Both the position numbers and the translations under genes were made by a program. A DNA stretch of 64,000 bases from Rhizophagus irregularis (lineage: Eukaryota). Positions 39,560 through 53,460 of the stretch are shown here, piece after piece. The stretch is from positions 2,232,001-2,296,000 of the forward strand of contig NC_089434.1 in assembly GCF_026210795.1 (NCBI RefSeq), given 5' to 3'. The notes beneath the pieces were generated by a model. That model did not search any database. It saw nothing but the letters and a program-made list of their open reading frames with translations, and was not told the origin of the DNA. How positions within the stretch are numbered: position 1 is the first letter of the stretch; every line of letters starts with the position of its first letter.

Positions 39560-42500
39560 GAATCAAAGAGTTCCTGAATATCGTTATCTGGTTTTGGCCT
39601 ATATGGTGGAAGTTCTGGTGCATCTTTATCTCCAAAACCAGTACTGTTATATGGCTGGCGATTAATTCGATATGAATATTACCTAACTTGTTGTCCTTTA
39701 GGCCCTATTCTTTTTTTATCACTTTTTTGCATTGATTGCCTTTATAGCTGAATTAAGATCTGGTGTTGTCTTAGCATGAGACTTAAAGCCAAAGAGTGAT
39801 AAAAACTGATTTCGAATTTCTATAAATCTTTCACAGGATTGCACGAATGCTTCTGATACAATATTACCAGGAAGGATACGTTTATCATCAATGCTGGTAA
39901 AGCCTAATATTTGAAAGAGTTCTCTTATAGCCTTCCAATGATTTGCTGAATAAGATTTACGCAAGTCTTCTGCCACTGATTTTTCCAGATTCTCTTCAGC
40001 TTTATGGCAGGCCATTTCCCATTGTACATTTTCCTCAGTTTTCAATCCCTTCATTGCATTCTTCTCATCATGACCTTGCCTTCGGAAATAAGACAATTGT
40101 AAGAAATGCTTCTGAGCTTCAGGCGAACTAAAATTTTTAACGAATTTTCTATTGCAAATATTATCCCAATCCTCAATACTCATGTCTTTGCAATAAATAT
40201 TTCGCATATAAAAACGTTAAGTACTATAGTATCTGCGATAGAGTGCTCTTGGTCGAATTTAAGGTCTTTAAGGCTAAGATTTTGAGAAGTAGCAACTGCA
40301 TTAAAATCCGTTTCTTTAATAACTAATGCTAACCTCATTATGGATTCTTTTACGGTTCCCTATAACTCCTCGACTTTTATACATTTTTATTAGTTAGAGA
40401 GAAGCGCCAGTACTAGCTATAAGACTACAAAGCTTCTCAATAAAGTATCTCGCAGAAAGGCGTTTCTGATGCTTAACTTCAATAAATATTATTACAGCTG
40501 GAGATTCATCAATTTTATAAGAAATGGTATTGTTATCCTATTTACGATGACCTTTTATTGCTGTAGGTAAGTTATTAGGCCGAGCACTTTCAAGTTCTGC
40601 CCTAATATTTTCACGACCTGATGGGCAAAAAAGTTCGTTAGAATTTTTCTGATAGAATATAGAAACAATACGGCGAGAACAATCACGAATTCAATAAAGC
40701 ATTTGTGCAAAAGCTTCGACATGAACTGGAGTGGCGATGTTTGTAATAGCTATAACTATATCGAAGTGACCTGTAACCTCGAATGATATTCCTGCCTCCA
40801 TTATATTTGTATAAGCTATACAGTCAAGCTCACTCCAAGCGACATTAATATCAGAAAAGTCTTTTTGACGTTGTTTTCCATCCATATCTCCATAATAAGC
40901 ACAGGCTCTAACAGGCGAATTATCAGGTTTAGACAACTTAGATGCTTTTTCCACTAACGCTCTAGCTATCACCACTCCGGTAAATACAAATGCCACACGC
41001 TTACCCTGCCTCAAAAGGTCATATCCTATTCGCATAACTTCTGCTCCACTATTTGAATCATAAATAAATTCAACCGTCTCACCTATACGAGGCTGATACT
41101 TATTATCGACTACGCGAATATTTTCACCACAATAAATCTGGAGGAAGGTTAGTGTTGAGATATTTGCGAAGGCATCTATGGCCAAAACATGCATTGCAGA
41201 TCTTAAGACATCACGCATTGCGTTTTCAGATTCCCGTGCATTTGTACCGCTAAACATTTGGCGCATAATGGCATTAGATTCATCGAGAATAGCTACAAAC
41301 GGACGGGCTGTGAATTCGACACGAAAGAGGCTTTCAACCTGTACTATGATAATATCCCACTCATTTATAGATAAGTCTCCTTGCATATTTTGGTAGTTGC
41401 AAATTTGGAAGCCAGATGCTTTTAACTCATTAAGTTTGGATTTTGATTCATTGCTAAGAGACTTTCGGTAAAAGATCCAGATATAACATGGTAAAAAAGA
41501 AATATCATGTACTTTATCTTTCAATGCCATAATAATCTCTCTTAATGTAGTGGTTTTCCATGTCCTCAGAGGAGAACGAATAAGTGTTGTCATTTTCTCA
41601 ATACCCAAGAAATCAGAATATACTTCCAAAGCATCCTTTAATTTTTCTACATTAATTGCCATTTCTGATAATTCTATAAGAGGGCGTGGATTTGATATAG
41701 CATCACCTATTCTTTCGACTATTCCTCTCTTAGGTTTTGTAGAAATTTCAGTCACTTTTCCAAATGCTAATCCCTTATGATCTGGCTTATATTGATTTTG
41801 CTGATAGCATTTAAGTACAAAATGGCCGTTACTTCGAAGAAAGCTATATAATTGATCTCTTTCATGTTTGATTCCGCAAATAGGACATGCTTCATATAAC
41901 TTTGCTTGGAAGTTGACAAATCCCTTTTTAATATGGCCAATTTCAAGCCACTCATATTTTGCTGTAACTAAACCAGCTCTCTTGCTTAAAGCGGTTTCAT
42001 CTTCGATAGGTTGGAATTCATCCTTTTCTAGCTTTTCAGAAGAAAAGGTCTGTTGCCAGATTTCAGAATAATCAGATTTAGGTTGAACTAAATAATCTTC
42101 TAGCTTGTGATATCCTTGTTTAACTGAAGAAACCACGGGTCTTTTAACTCTATCTTCCTTTGCCGATCCAAGAAGCTGAAGACTAAAACGTGATTTATAA
42201 AGTCCAAGGTCAATAAATTCAGAATATGGTTTTCCAATCTTATCAGCAACTTTTTTCACAAATCCTCTAAAGTCTCTGTAGTCAACGAACCGTGCATATT
42301 TATACATGATATGCCAGCTACATTTATCAGAATTAGACGAACTGGCTAAGGCAAAAGCATCTAATATTGCAAAATGTTTTAAGTCAAAATATAAGATATC
42401 GGTGCAGGCAATTAAGATTCTGGATAATAAATCTTCACGAGAACTTTTACTTCCATCTAAGGAAGGGAGTTCAGGATTCATAGGATTGGGGTTCTGCCTC

Positions 42501-42817
42501 GCATCAATATCCAGAACCAGACAGAGAGGCAGATTCCCATCAATGCACTCGTGAGTATCAGGAATCCCATAAATTTCAGATGGATGATCAACTATCGTAA
42601 AACCCTTTTCTGACACTCGAACTATATATTTTGAATAAATCTCTTCAGGATGATAGGCTTCTAGAAGAGAAATATCATTTTTATTATTGGACAAATATTG
42701 AAAATACACATGATCATTGTAACCAGGCTCAAAATCAAGGTCGGCTAAACCAGAGAAGAGCCTGGTTGCATCATTTATTGTTTTAGGGCTAGAGCTGCGG
42801 TTTTTTTGCGCAAGCAT
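39560..42817 (-). pseudogene. AEP/PrimPol primase fused to a Zn finger and UL9-like (origin-binding) SF2 helicase
   Basis: VLDID, KCSWH, IDLGLY (AEP motifs); CPIC..H..C; IRSPLRTWKT, VQVESL, ILDE, AQMLY*IRD; stop at 40691, collinear fragments to ~39560; ATG lies inside the right TIR. Confidence 0.85.
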
Positions 42818-44151
42818 GGTATATGTGCAAGAAAGCAGTATAAAATAACAGAGAAACTTGGAAAGTTTAAAATAAAAATTTTATATAATTTTGAGCGAAT
42901 ATGCTTGCTAGTAAAATACTGGGTTAGTGGTAGTACCCAGCGCCAAGCCAAGAGAAAGTAAACGATGTGGTAGTACCCCAAAGTGATCGATGTGGTAGTA
43001 CTTCAAAGTGGTCGATGTGGTAGTATCCTAAAGTATCCCAGAGTAGTAACTATACGGGAAAGGGTTCTAGAAAGGCAGAAGCGAAAAATAAAATATAAAA
43101 TTGGTAGTACCCCAAGTTAGAATAATATATAGGAAAGAGAAATAAGAAATTACAACTTGGGGTACTACCGCCGATAGGCAAAAAGGGGTCAGGAAGGTGG
43201 AAAGTCTCAGGAGAATATACAAAAAAAGGTATAAAAGCAATATAGCCTGAAATAATTCAACACTTCGCATGTGCCTCACTCAGCAATCAAAAAGGTCATA
43301 CAAGGCGGAATTGCAAGAATGGGCATAACACTAACACTTCGCATATGCCTCATCCCCGGCATTCAAGAAATGGCAATTTGAGAGGGAAAATATATGGATT
43401 GCAAGTTCGGCACTTCGTGCCTCAACCTGGCAATCGAATGGGAACATAAAAGTATGATTGCAAGTAAGTTCGGCACTAATTCCTGGTAATTACATAGGCT
43501 GATCTTGGTACTTCCGATTCTTTAACCATCTGATCCTTCAGACAGAACCTCGAAAGTAGTGGGAATGTGACGGAGAAGTGGTGGGAAGGTTCTGGGAACG
43601 CACCTCGCACATGTTTTTTTTGCGCAGTAAATTAACAATAATTTTGGCCAAAACTTTGGACAATAACTCGGCATCCAAGAAGTGATCTTAAACTGGCAAA
43701 CTAATAGAAACACTCTGATTTCCTACCAGTTCCCTGCCAGTTCCATGATGATTCCATGACACTACTACAGCACTATCATGTCACCAAGCTGGAACCTAAA
43801 ATCACATGCTCAAAAGATCAACCAGAAATTATGCCATAATGCCAGCCAAAAACTGATCCGCAAATTTACTGCGCCACCTGACTGCAACATGATTTTTTGC
43901 AATCAATACTGGCCTAGCATCTTGGCAATAAAAAGGCCATAGAGCAATGAAAACAAGCGGATAGTTAGAAGGAAATAAAAAGAGGACAGAGCAATAAAAT
44001 TAAGTGGATAGCAATAAAGCAATAATAAGACCACAGAACACTAAAAACAGTAACTAGGTAACATTATACTCATAACTAGAAAACATTATACTCATAACTA
44101 GATAACATTATAGCGCAACTAGTTAACGCTCTTATAAGAGCGTTAACTAGT
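42786..44151 (-). repeat. Right terminal inverted repeat
   Basis: Reverse complement of 3358-4733. Confidence 0.95.
44118..44151. other. Perfect 34-bp terminal palindrome (right)
   Basis: actagttaacgctctta|taagagcgttaactagt. Confidence 0.95.
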
Positions 44152-44467
44152 TTAGTTAACTAATTGTACCTATGAATTACCAAGCTATAAATAGGTTCTT
44201 AAATGTGAACCTTTACCCTAAGTCAAATACAAAGACAAATCAGCCCATATGATTTATAATTTTTATTAATTATTATTTTATTTATAATCTATATATTTTT
44301 AATTATAAATTATAAAAATTGACAGTTTAATTTATATTAAATCGTGATCCATGAATGATCGACATCAGATCATATGATTTGTATATAGTAAATTTGGGGT
44401 TAAGATATATAATAACTAGCTATAATAAATTTAAATCTCTCATTGACAACCTTTAACAACCATCAAA

Positions 44468-47400
44468 ATGGTTCAAAATTTACGCGTTACTTTAATAAAA
44501 CCAGGTTCTATAGTCTCTGAGCTTCACTATGGGCCTTATTCATTTTATTGGTGGATATTTTCAGATGAAAATAAAACTTTATTTCTGATTAGGCTGGGAC
44601 AACAGACTAAAGTTCACATTAATGAAGTAAACTTTATTTTAACAATACAAACCGGTTCTGATAATAGCAAATTAATGCCAATGTACTACTGTCAAAGTGG
44701 TTTGCATGTCGTTACAGAGTCAAGTTCTACAAAGGCTATTTCTACAGCTTACAAGAACCATTTTAATACTTCAACACGCTATCCAGGATATCAAGCAATG
44801 GGTTGGAATGACAAAAATATTCTTGAAATTCTAAAAAAAGATGTTGATTATATTCCTGTTACTGTTAATGTAGGAAACTGTAAAATTTTTATTTATAGTA
44901 TGAGGTCGTCATCACATAAAAAATGGTGTTATGCGGGTTCAGGTTTTCAATCATCCCTTCTTCATAGATATGAAAAAAAACAATCAATTTTTGTATCATG
45001 AATTGAAGAAAAGAGATGCATTGTTGAAATTTACCGAGATTCCACCTTAATAAAACAATTTATAGGTAAAACACCAGATGAGGCGTAGGGAAAATCAGGA
45101 CAGCTAGAAAAATTTGCTGGTATACAACTTTTTGGTCTTGATAATCCGATTACAACAAATCTAATTCAACAGCATCGAATACCTAAATGTACTCTTGATG
45201 ACTGGAATAATGAATATATTCTAGAAAACTTATTTGATTATTATGTGAAAAGAAGAACTCTAGCAAATGCTAATTGGAAATATTTTTTTACAAATTAAGC
45301 TGAATCTGAAAATCCAATAATTGACTTTGAACCTTCTTTACATGCTATATACCCAAAAGGATATGAATTTAGTGAACGTGAATTGGGTGCATGGCAAACT
45401 ATGCTAAAAGCAGCTGGTGCAACAAATATAACTCCTTAGTCATATGAAGAATCACAGGTCGGTAAATATGATATTTTTTATTATTTTTTTTTATTCAAAT
45501 ATTAAAATGAAACATTCTATATTAGCATCAATTATGGATGAAATCACCAAATGGAGAAGCAGATAAAGTAGCAATTGCTGCTTTATACCAAAGTGGTTTC
45601 CTTACCAGTACTCCAAAAATAATGTCAAATGCAACACAAAAATTTTGGATGTGTTTTGAACGTGCACTTGCCAACAATAAAAAAACTTCTGATAGAAAAC
45701 GACGTATACTTTCTATAATTTCCAACGAATTTACTTATGAAGAATTAAAACAAAATTTGAATATAATATAATTTTGCTTTATTTACGTGAAATTTTAATG
45801 TACATATTTTTTTTGAAAATTTTTTTATTTTAAAATTATGTAAATAAAATATTATACGAAAAAAAAAGAAAATTTTATGAAAATTATACAAATACAATAA
45901 TTTTTACATCTTATTTATAATGAATATATACAGGTTGGTTCACATACTATTGTGGAATCTCGCAAACATGTACGTATCAATGGTTATGGAGCTCCTTCAC
46001 TTGTAAAATGCTTGAACAAATTGACAGATTTTTAAATGATAAAGAATTTGTTAATATGAGTTCATACAAAACTGATGCCAAATCAGGAAAACTAATCAAA
46101 TACTTATAAGATACTAAAAAACGTTATGGGAAAGATTTGTGAAAGAATATTCTAATGGTATGCATCGTACATCAATTATGACTTGTCTTGAAGGTGGCCA
46201 ATATGTATATCAAAAAAATTTAGGTGGTTTATGTTCCATATGTAATGTCTGCGGCTATATAGTATTTGGAGATATTGGAGTAATAATTTCTGCTTACGTT
46301 ATATTATGGATGAATCTTTAAAGGTACAAATAAAATTTACTAAATTTGCAAGCATAATTATAAAATCTAACGTAATTTTAATTATATTAGAAACATTTAC
46401 TAACAAAATCACAAGAATTGAGACGATACATATGTTGAGAATATTTAAAAGAACTGGTAATTACAGCATCTGGTATTGCAGTTCATAATTCTTGTATTAG
46501 TCACTGTATACTGCATGCTTTTGGAGACTGTAATCTTAATCATCCGGTTACCTATTCAAAATGTGAAAGTCTTTTCAGTTTTTTTGAAAAACTGAAAACA
46601 GCAATAAGCGAAGAATATTTTGAAATTCTTGATGAATATCAGCAAAAACTTATAGCATGGATGGCACATCATGCGCGTAAAATATACCTGAATATTCATA
46701 TGTGAACAAATTTAGAAGAATTGGATGAAGAAGGTGCTGTAATGATTGTAGATTACAAAATGAGAATATTGCCTCAAAGTGCACAGGAGACTAAAACAGA
46801 ATTTTTTGGAAAACGTGGTTGGAGTTTTCATTCTGTTCTCATATATACCAAAAATGCAGAACAAAATCAACTGGATATTCAAGTATTTGATCATTGGTCC
46901 AATGACACGCGTCAAGATGCGTAGTTTACTGCATCTTCACTTCATACTGTAATTGAAACAATGAATCCAAAGCCAAAATGGATAACAATAATGTCTGATA
47001 ATGGAATGCACTACCATTGCACAGAATTAATGTTGATTATTGGACATTGGAAGGAGTGGTATGATATAACACCTTGCAAATAGATCTTTCTTGAAGCTGG
47101 AGAAGCTAAAACTGCGATTGATTCGCATCATGCGCAGGTGCATTCAACTATGTTATCACCTTGAAAGTCAAAGATAATACTGATTGGTCAAATTCATTGG
47201 TAATAAGGTTTCGCAAGCAATAAAAAGATACATAAAACTTGGATATGATGTTGATTGTGGAGATAATATCAAATCAGCAGTAAAAGATATAGCAGGTGTC
47301 CGAGTTGCTAATTTGAATCCTAATAGAAATAATGGTAACATAAAACTCTAATTATTATGTTGTCAACCTTGAAATAAATCTAATATTTTATCAATTTAGA

Positions 47401-50400
47401 TAAAACAAAATTAAGTACCATTACGGAAATATCCAATCTGCAAGAATGGACATAGCCCATGAATGAAGAAAAACACAGGTCGAAGGGGCACCATTGTCCA
47501 AAATTCAAAAAATGCAAATTTCACATTTTTCTGGAAAATGGTGGGAAATTGTGGAAAATGCTGCATTACGCTGAGCAATTTTTTGGAATAGCATTATTAC
47601 AACATTGTCCGATTTAGCAAATTTTATGAAAATTTGGGAAAATGCTACATTATATCTCAAATGTAACATTTTGTAACATTTCGTAACATTGTTATAACAT
47701 TGTCATTAAAATCAAATTTGCTTTTTTTTTGTCAAATGTTCCAATTTTCTTACAAATGGTGCATTTTTATGAAAATTCCACATTTTATCTCAAATGTAAT
47801 AACATTTCATAAAATTGTTATAACATTGTCAATTAAAATTAAATTTTGCTTTTTTTTTGTCAAATGTTCCAATTTTCTTGCAAATGGTGCATTTTTATGA
47901 AAATGCCACATTTTATCTTCAATGTGATATCATTGTAACAACATTTCATAAAATTGTTGTAACATTATCAATTAAAATCAAATTTTGTCAAATATTCCGA
48001 TTTTCTGGCAAATGGTGTATTTTTTTATGAAAATTCTATATTTTCTGTCAAATGTTGCATATTTTCAGCAAATTTTACGTTTTTTTGGCCAAATGTTTCA
48101 TTTTTGTCAGAATGTTAAAATGTTACATTTTTTTTGAAAATGCTCAATAATATTGCATTACACTGGAAAATGTAGCATTTCACCAAATTACACTAAAAAG
48201 CATCACAATTATCACATTTTTTGGAAAATTCCACATTACATTAAATTATACTAAAAAATGTAGCACTATACTAGATTATATAGCATTACACTAAAAAATA
48301 CCGCAATTACACTAGACAATGTAGCATTACACTAAAAAGTACCACAATTATCATATTTTTTAGAAAATTTCGCGTTATACTGGAAAATGTAACATTATGC
48401 TAGAAAATGCGGAATTGCACTAAAAAACGCGGAATTGCACTAAAAAACACAAAAAAATACTACAATTATACTGGATAACGTAGCATTACACTTAATTACA
48501 TTAGATAATTTTTATTTATTTGTAAAATTACGGACATTATTAAATTTATAATATTTATATTCTAACGCATTATTTAACATTAAATTCACATTGTTAATAT
48601 TAACAATGTATCAACACGATGTGTTGTTTAATTTATACGAAACCTTACTACTGAAGACTTCCTCTTTTTTGTCACTATAAACAGGCGGAGGGAGCAGCAA
48701 TGGCTCTCCCCTATAGGTACTTTATGGCCTCTACCTGTTTACAGAAGAGGGGCTTTTCGTAAAGTTATTAGATAGATAGATATATATGTATATATATAAG
48801 TATATATATACATCTATCAAAAAAATTATAATAAAAAAAAAAAATTTTTTCAGGAAAATGCCCCTATTTATACAAAAATATATATCACGTGTATCACATG
48901 ATATTACTAATAATTACCGCAGCAGGCGCAGCTTCAGCTGTACCTGCTGCGGTATAGCGAAAAAAAATTAAGCTTTTTTAGCAAAAGCTTAATTTTTTTT
49001 TCTCACGTCCCCTTTCTTTCGACATTTCTTTCTCACCTTTCCTTTCCCCTTTCCCTTTCGTTCTCCCCTCCCTTTTCGTTTCATTTTCCCCTTTCCCCTT
49101 TTGTTCTTCCTCCCTTTTCGTCCTTTTCCCTTTCATTTTTCACTTTCCCTTTCCACTTTCTCTTTTCGTTCTTTTTTTTCCCTTCCCTTCCCCTTTTATC
49201 GTAAATTAGAAATATCAGAAATTTCCTTTCAGAAAAACAAAAGGGTAAGTTTCGAATCATTTCGAAACTTTAATATTTTTTTTTTATTTTTTAGGAAACG
49301 TTTCTAACGTTTCCTATATCTTCTTTTTTTTATAAGTCTTTTCGCCGTATTCAACTTGGAAAAACGAAATGGTAAGTTTCGAGGCGTTCGTCTCGAAACT
49401 TTTTTAAAAAAATAGTTTAATTTTCTATTTTTAGGAAACATTACTAACGTTTCCAATAATTCTTTTTTTTTTATAGGTTTTTTTGGCGTACTCGACTTAG
49501 GAAAATGAAAGGGTAAGTTTCGAGGCGTTTGCCTCGAAACTTTTTTTTCTAAATTGTTTTTAGGAAACATACTGATGTTTCCTTTCTTTTTTTTAATAGA
49601 ATTTTCAGTGTTTTGGCTTTAGAAAACGAGAAACTGAAGGGTAAGTTTCGAAGCGTTTCGCTTCGAAACTTTTTAATTTTTTTTTTAATTTTTTGTAAGG
49701 AAACGTTTCTAAGTTTCCTTTTTCTTTTTGTAGGAATGCCAGACATTTGGATGATGGAATCGAAATGAACCGGTAAGTTTCGCAACGTTGCATTGCGAAA
49801 CTTAATTTTATTAAATTTTTTTTTAAGAAACGTTAGCTAACGTTTCTTCTTTTTTTTGTAGATACACTCTGGGTTCCTTCCGATATTGGATTTCGGTTAG
49901 GTTTCGAAGTTTCGTTTCGAAACTTCGATTCTTTTTTTTATTTTTAAAAGGAACATTACTAAATACTAACGTCCTTTATTCTTTTTTGTAGGTTCCGGTG
50001 CTCCAGGATTCTGAAATGGAAAATGTAAGTTTCGTTTAACGAAACTTAATATATTTTTGTTTTTTTTAATTAAGAAACGTTCTAACGTTTCTTTTAACTT
50101 TTTTTTTGTAGGTTCCAGTACTCCAAGATTCTGAAACAAAAAATGTAAGTTTCGTTTAACGAAACTTAATATATTTTTGTTTTTTTTTTAATTAAGAAAC
50201 GTTCTAACGTTTCTTTTAACTTTTTTTTTTGTAGGTTCTGGTACTCCAAGATTCCGAAACAGAAAATGTAAGTTTCGTTTTAACGAAACTTATTATATTT
50301 TATTTTTTTTTAATTAAGAAACGTTCTCTAACGTTTCTTATACTTTTTTTGTAGGTTCCGGTGCTCCAGGATTCCGAAATGGAAAATGTAAGTTTCGTTT

Positions 50401-53400
50401 TAATGAAACTTATTATATTTTATTTTTTTTTTAATTAAGAAACGTTCTTTAACGTTTCTTTTACTTTTTTTTGTAGGTTCCGGTGCTCCAGGAGCGTAAA
50501 TTCATTAGACTATACCTGGAATAAACCAACACTAGATTATTAGGTCTTTTTAAAAATGTTAAAAGACCTGTGAGAACGCCAAGTTTCAGCATGAATATTC
50601 ATTAATGACTCTCCTCGATTCCGAAACGGAATAATGTAAGTTTCATTTTAGCGAAACTTATTATATTTTTATTTTTTTTTAAATAAAGAAACGCTCTAAC
50701 TTTTTTTTTACTTTTTTTTTGTAGGTTCAAGTGCTCCAGGATTCCGAAACGGAAAAATGTAAGTTTCGTTTAACGAAACTTATCTTTTTTGTTTTTTTAA
50801 TTAAGAAACGTCCTAACGTTTCTTTTACTTTTCTTTTCTTGTAGGTCTCCAAGTCAGGTGTCATTGGAAAGTGAAAATGGTAAGTTTCGCAATGAAACTT
50901 ACCGTGTTTTATTTTATTTTTTATTATTAGAAACATTTTTTAACATTTCTCTTTTGTTTTTTTTGTAGATTCGAGCGGGATACTTGACTTTGGTAAGTTT
51001 TGCAACATAAACGTTGCGAAACTTAATTTTTTTTTAATTTTTTTTTAAGAAACGTTCTAACGTTTCTCTCTTTTTTTGTAAATCGATTTTGGGAGTCTGA
51101 TTGATCTGGAGTTCCCTCCCTCCAGTTTCAGTCTTGGGTTTGGATAATGTTTAGGTTTTAAAGTATAACTTCGAAACTTCAGTTTGAATGGTGAGTTTCG
51201 TGACAAATATCACGAAACAAGTTTTTTTTGATTTTTTTTATTAGGAACCGTTTACTAATGTTCTTTTTCTTTTTTGTAAGTTCGGGATATCTGGGAAGCT
51301 AACTTAGGAAACATGAATCGCGTAAAACCATTGTTGAATAGAAGCCATTACTTTCCGTTCAGGTATTGGATATAGCTTGGTAAGTTTCGTACATTTCGTT
51401 ACGAAACTCCTGTTTTTTCTTTAAGAAACGTTCTAACTGAACGGTTTTCTTTTTTTGTAGATTATTGTAATGAAATAACAAAAGTAAACAGTTCTTTGGC
51501 TCCTTGCTTAGTGAGTTTCGAAGATTAACCTTTGAAACTTTTTGTTTTTTTTATGTTTGTTTTTCTTTAACATTATTGTACTTAATTACATATTATAATT
51601 GAAGAATTAGATAAATTGTTAATAAAATTAAAATCATAATAAATTGTTATAAAATTTGCATAAAATTACGCCAAATTGTTGCTTAATTATCACTCAATCG
51701 TTAGAAATTGTCTTAAAAATATTGCATTTGCACTCAATTGTCCAAAAATTTTCAAACCATTGTCACTCAATTGTTTAAAATTGTTAAAATTTTTCTAGCA
51801 TTTGAAAGTTGAATTTTGGTAAAATGGTTCATTTTTCCAAAATTTGACAAAAAAAATGCACAATTTACCAGAATTTTCCTGGTAAATTGTGCAACAATGG
51901 AAAATTTTTATTTCAAATTTGCAATTTACGTATCATTACAAAAAATTCATCACAATTTACATAACATTGGCCTAATATTGCTAAAAATTCACCACAATTT
52001 GAACTTCGTTTACATAACATTAACTAAATTCACCACAATTTGCATTACGTTTGCATAAAATTACTAAAAATTTGACTAAATTCACCACAATTTGCATTTC
52101 GTTTACATAACATTACTAAAAATTTAACTAAATTCACCACAATTTGCATTACGTTTGCATAAAATTACTAAAAATTTAACTAAATTCACACAATTTTCAT
52201 TATGTTTGCATAAAATTACTAAAAATTTGACTAAATTCACCACAATTTTCATTACATTTACATAAAATTACTAAAAATTTATTAAATTCGCATGAATTTT
52301 CATTACATTTACATAAAATTACTAAAAATTTGACTAAATTCACTACAATTTGCATTACGTTTACATAAAATTACTAAAAATTTGCCTAAAATTTACACAA
52401 TTTACATTACATTTACATAACATTACTAAAAATTTACCTAAAATTTCCCACAATTTAATGATAATTTACTGAAAAATTTCTCAACATTTGAATTAGGAAT
52501 TCTGTAAGAATTCCGCCATTTACATTGCAAAATTTGCCAAATTGTGTATCCCTCCATTATCCCAAAATTGTAACACAATTTACCCCAATTTACCGGGATA
52601 ATTCTCAATTTGCCAGAAAAATTCCAGGCAAATTTTGCGACAATGACATCTGTTCGACCTGTGAAAGTTAGTTATATTTATGCATAATGTAACTGAGGGA
52701 ATAGGAGAGTGGAAGGAATGGTCACTGAAAATATAGAAAAGATTGTTAAAAAGCGAAAAATTGAAAAACTAAATCCTACTTTTACACCACATACACAATT
52801 TACCAAACAATGGACCATGCCAATTTTGAATAAAGAAAGTGAGTTTACCTGTTTGCCATATTTATTTCTAAATATAGATAACATATTTGCTTGTTAGACG
52901 AACAGGATCCAATACAGGGTGAATCGGTAGGTGATATTAATTCTAGAATTTTTATTATATGAATTTCTTGATTATAAATCAATCCAATTATTTACAAAAC
53001 CAAATACTCGTTGATCTGACTAATCTGGAAAATAATGTAAATAATGGATCTCCAGAAACTAAGAGGTAAAATATTATATAATTGCATTTTAATTGTTGAT
53101 TATATTATATTATTTATTTTTTTATTTTTTTTTTGAAGTTAACAAGTATTTATCAGTGGATGGGCTCTAAAAGAAAATGAAAAGACTCGTCAACGTGGAC
53201 CAATAAAAAGAATATCTCAATAAGTAAAGCATCTTTTAGAATCAATGTTCCATACTGGAACAGCAAATCCTCATCAAAAATTAAATGTACAACAGATGCA
53301 TGAAGAACTGCTGAGACGTACAGAACTTGGCGAAATTGAAGAAAGTGACATACCTAAAGTATCTACAATAACAAACTGGATTTCAACTTTTTCACGTAAA

Positions 53401-53460
53401 TGGAAAGAGGCCATGGCTTTGCGTTCTTTAGAAGAAAAAACGAACTCTAAAAATTCATAA
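44468..53460 (+). pseudogene. Multi-exon DDE/D transposase pseudogene interrupted by CACTA-like copy 2
   Basis: IVDYKMRILP..EFFGKRGW, MSDNGMHYH, EAGEAKTAIDSHH motifs; many stops. Confidence 0.7.
47474..52663. mobile_element. Non-autonomous CACTA/CMC-like DNA transposon, copy 2
   Basis: Same TIRs as copy 1; 3-bp TSD AAA. Confidence 0.9.

Larger units (their letters stand above)
3358..44151. mobile_element. Giant (~40.8 kb) Polinton/Maverick-related virus-like element with palindromic ends
   Basis: ~1.37 kb TIRs; TTAGT duplicated at 3353-3357 and 44152-44156; internal integrase, packaging ATPase, primase-helicase and tyrosine-recombinase-fold ORF. Confidence 0.9.
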
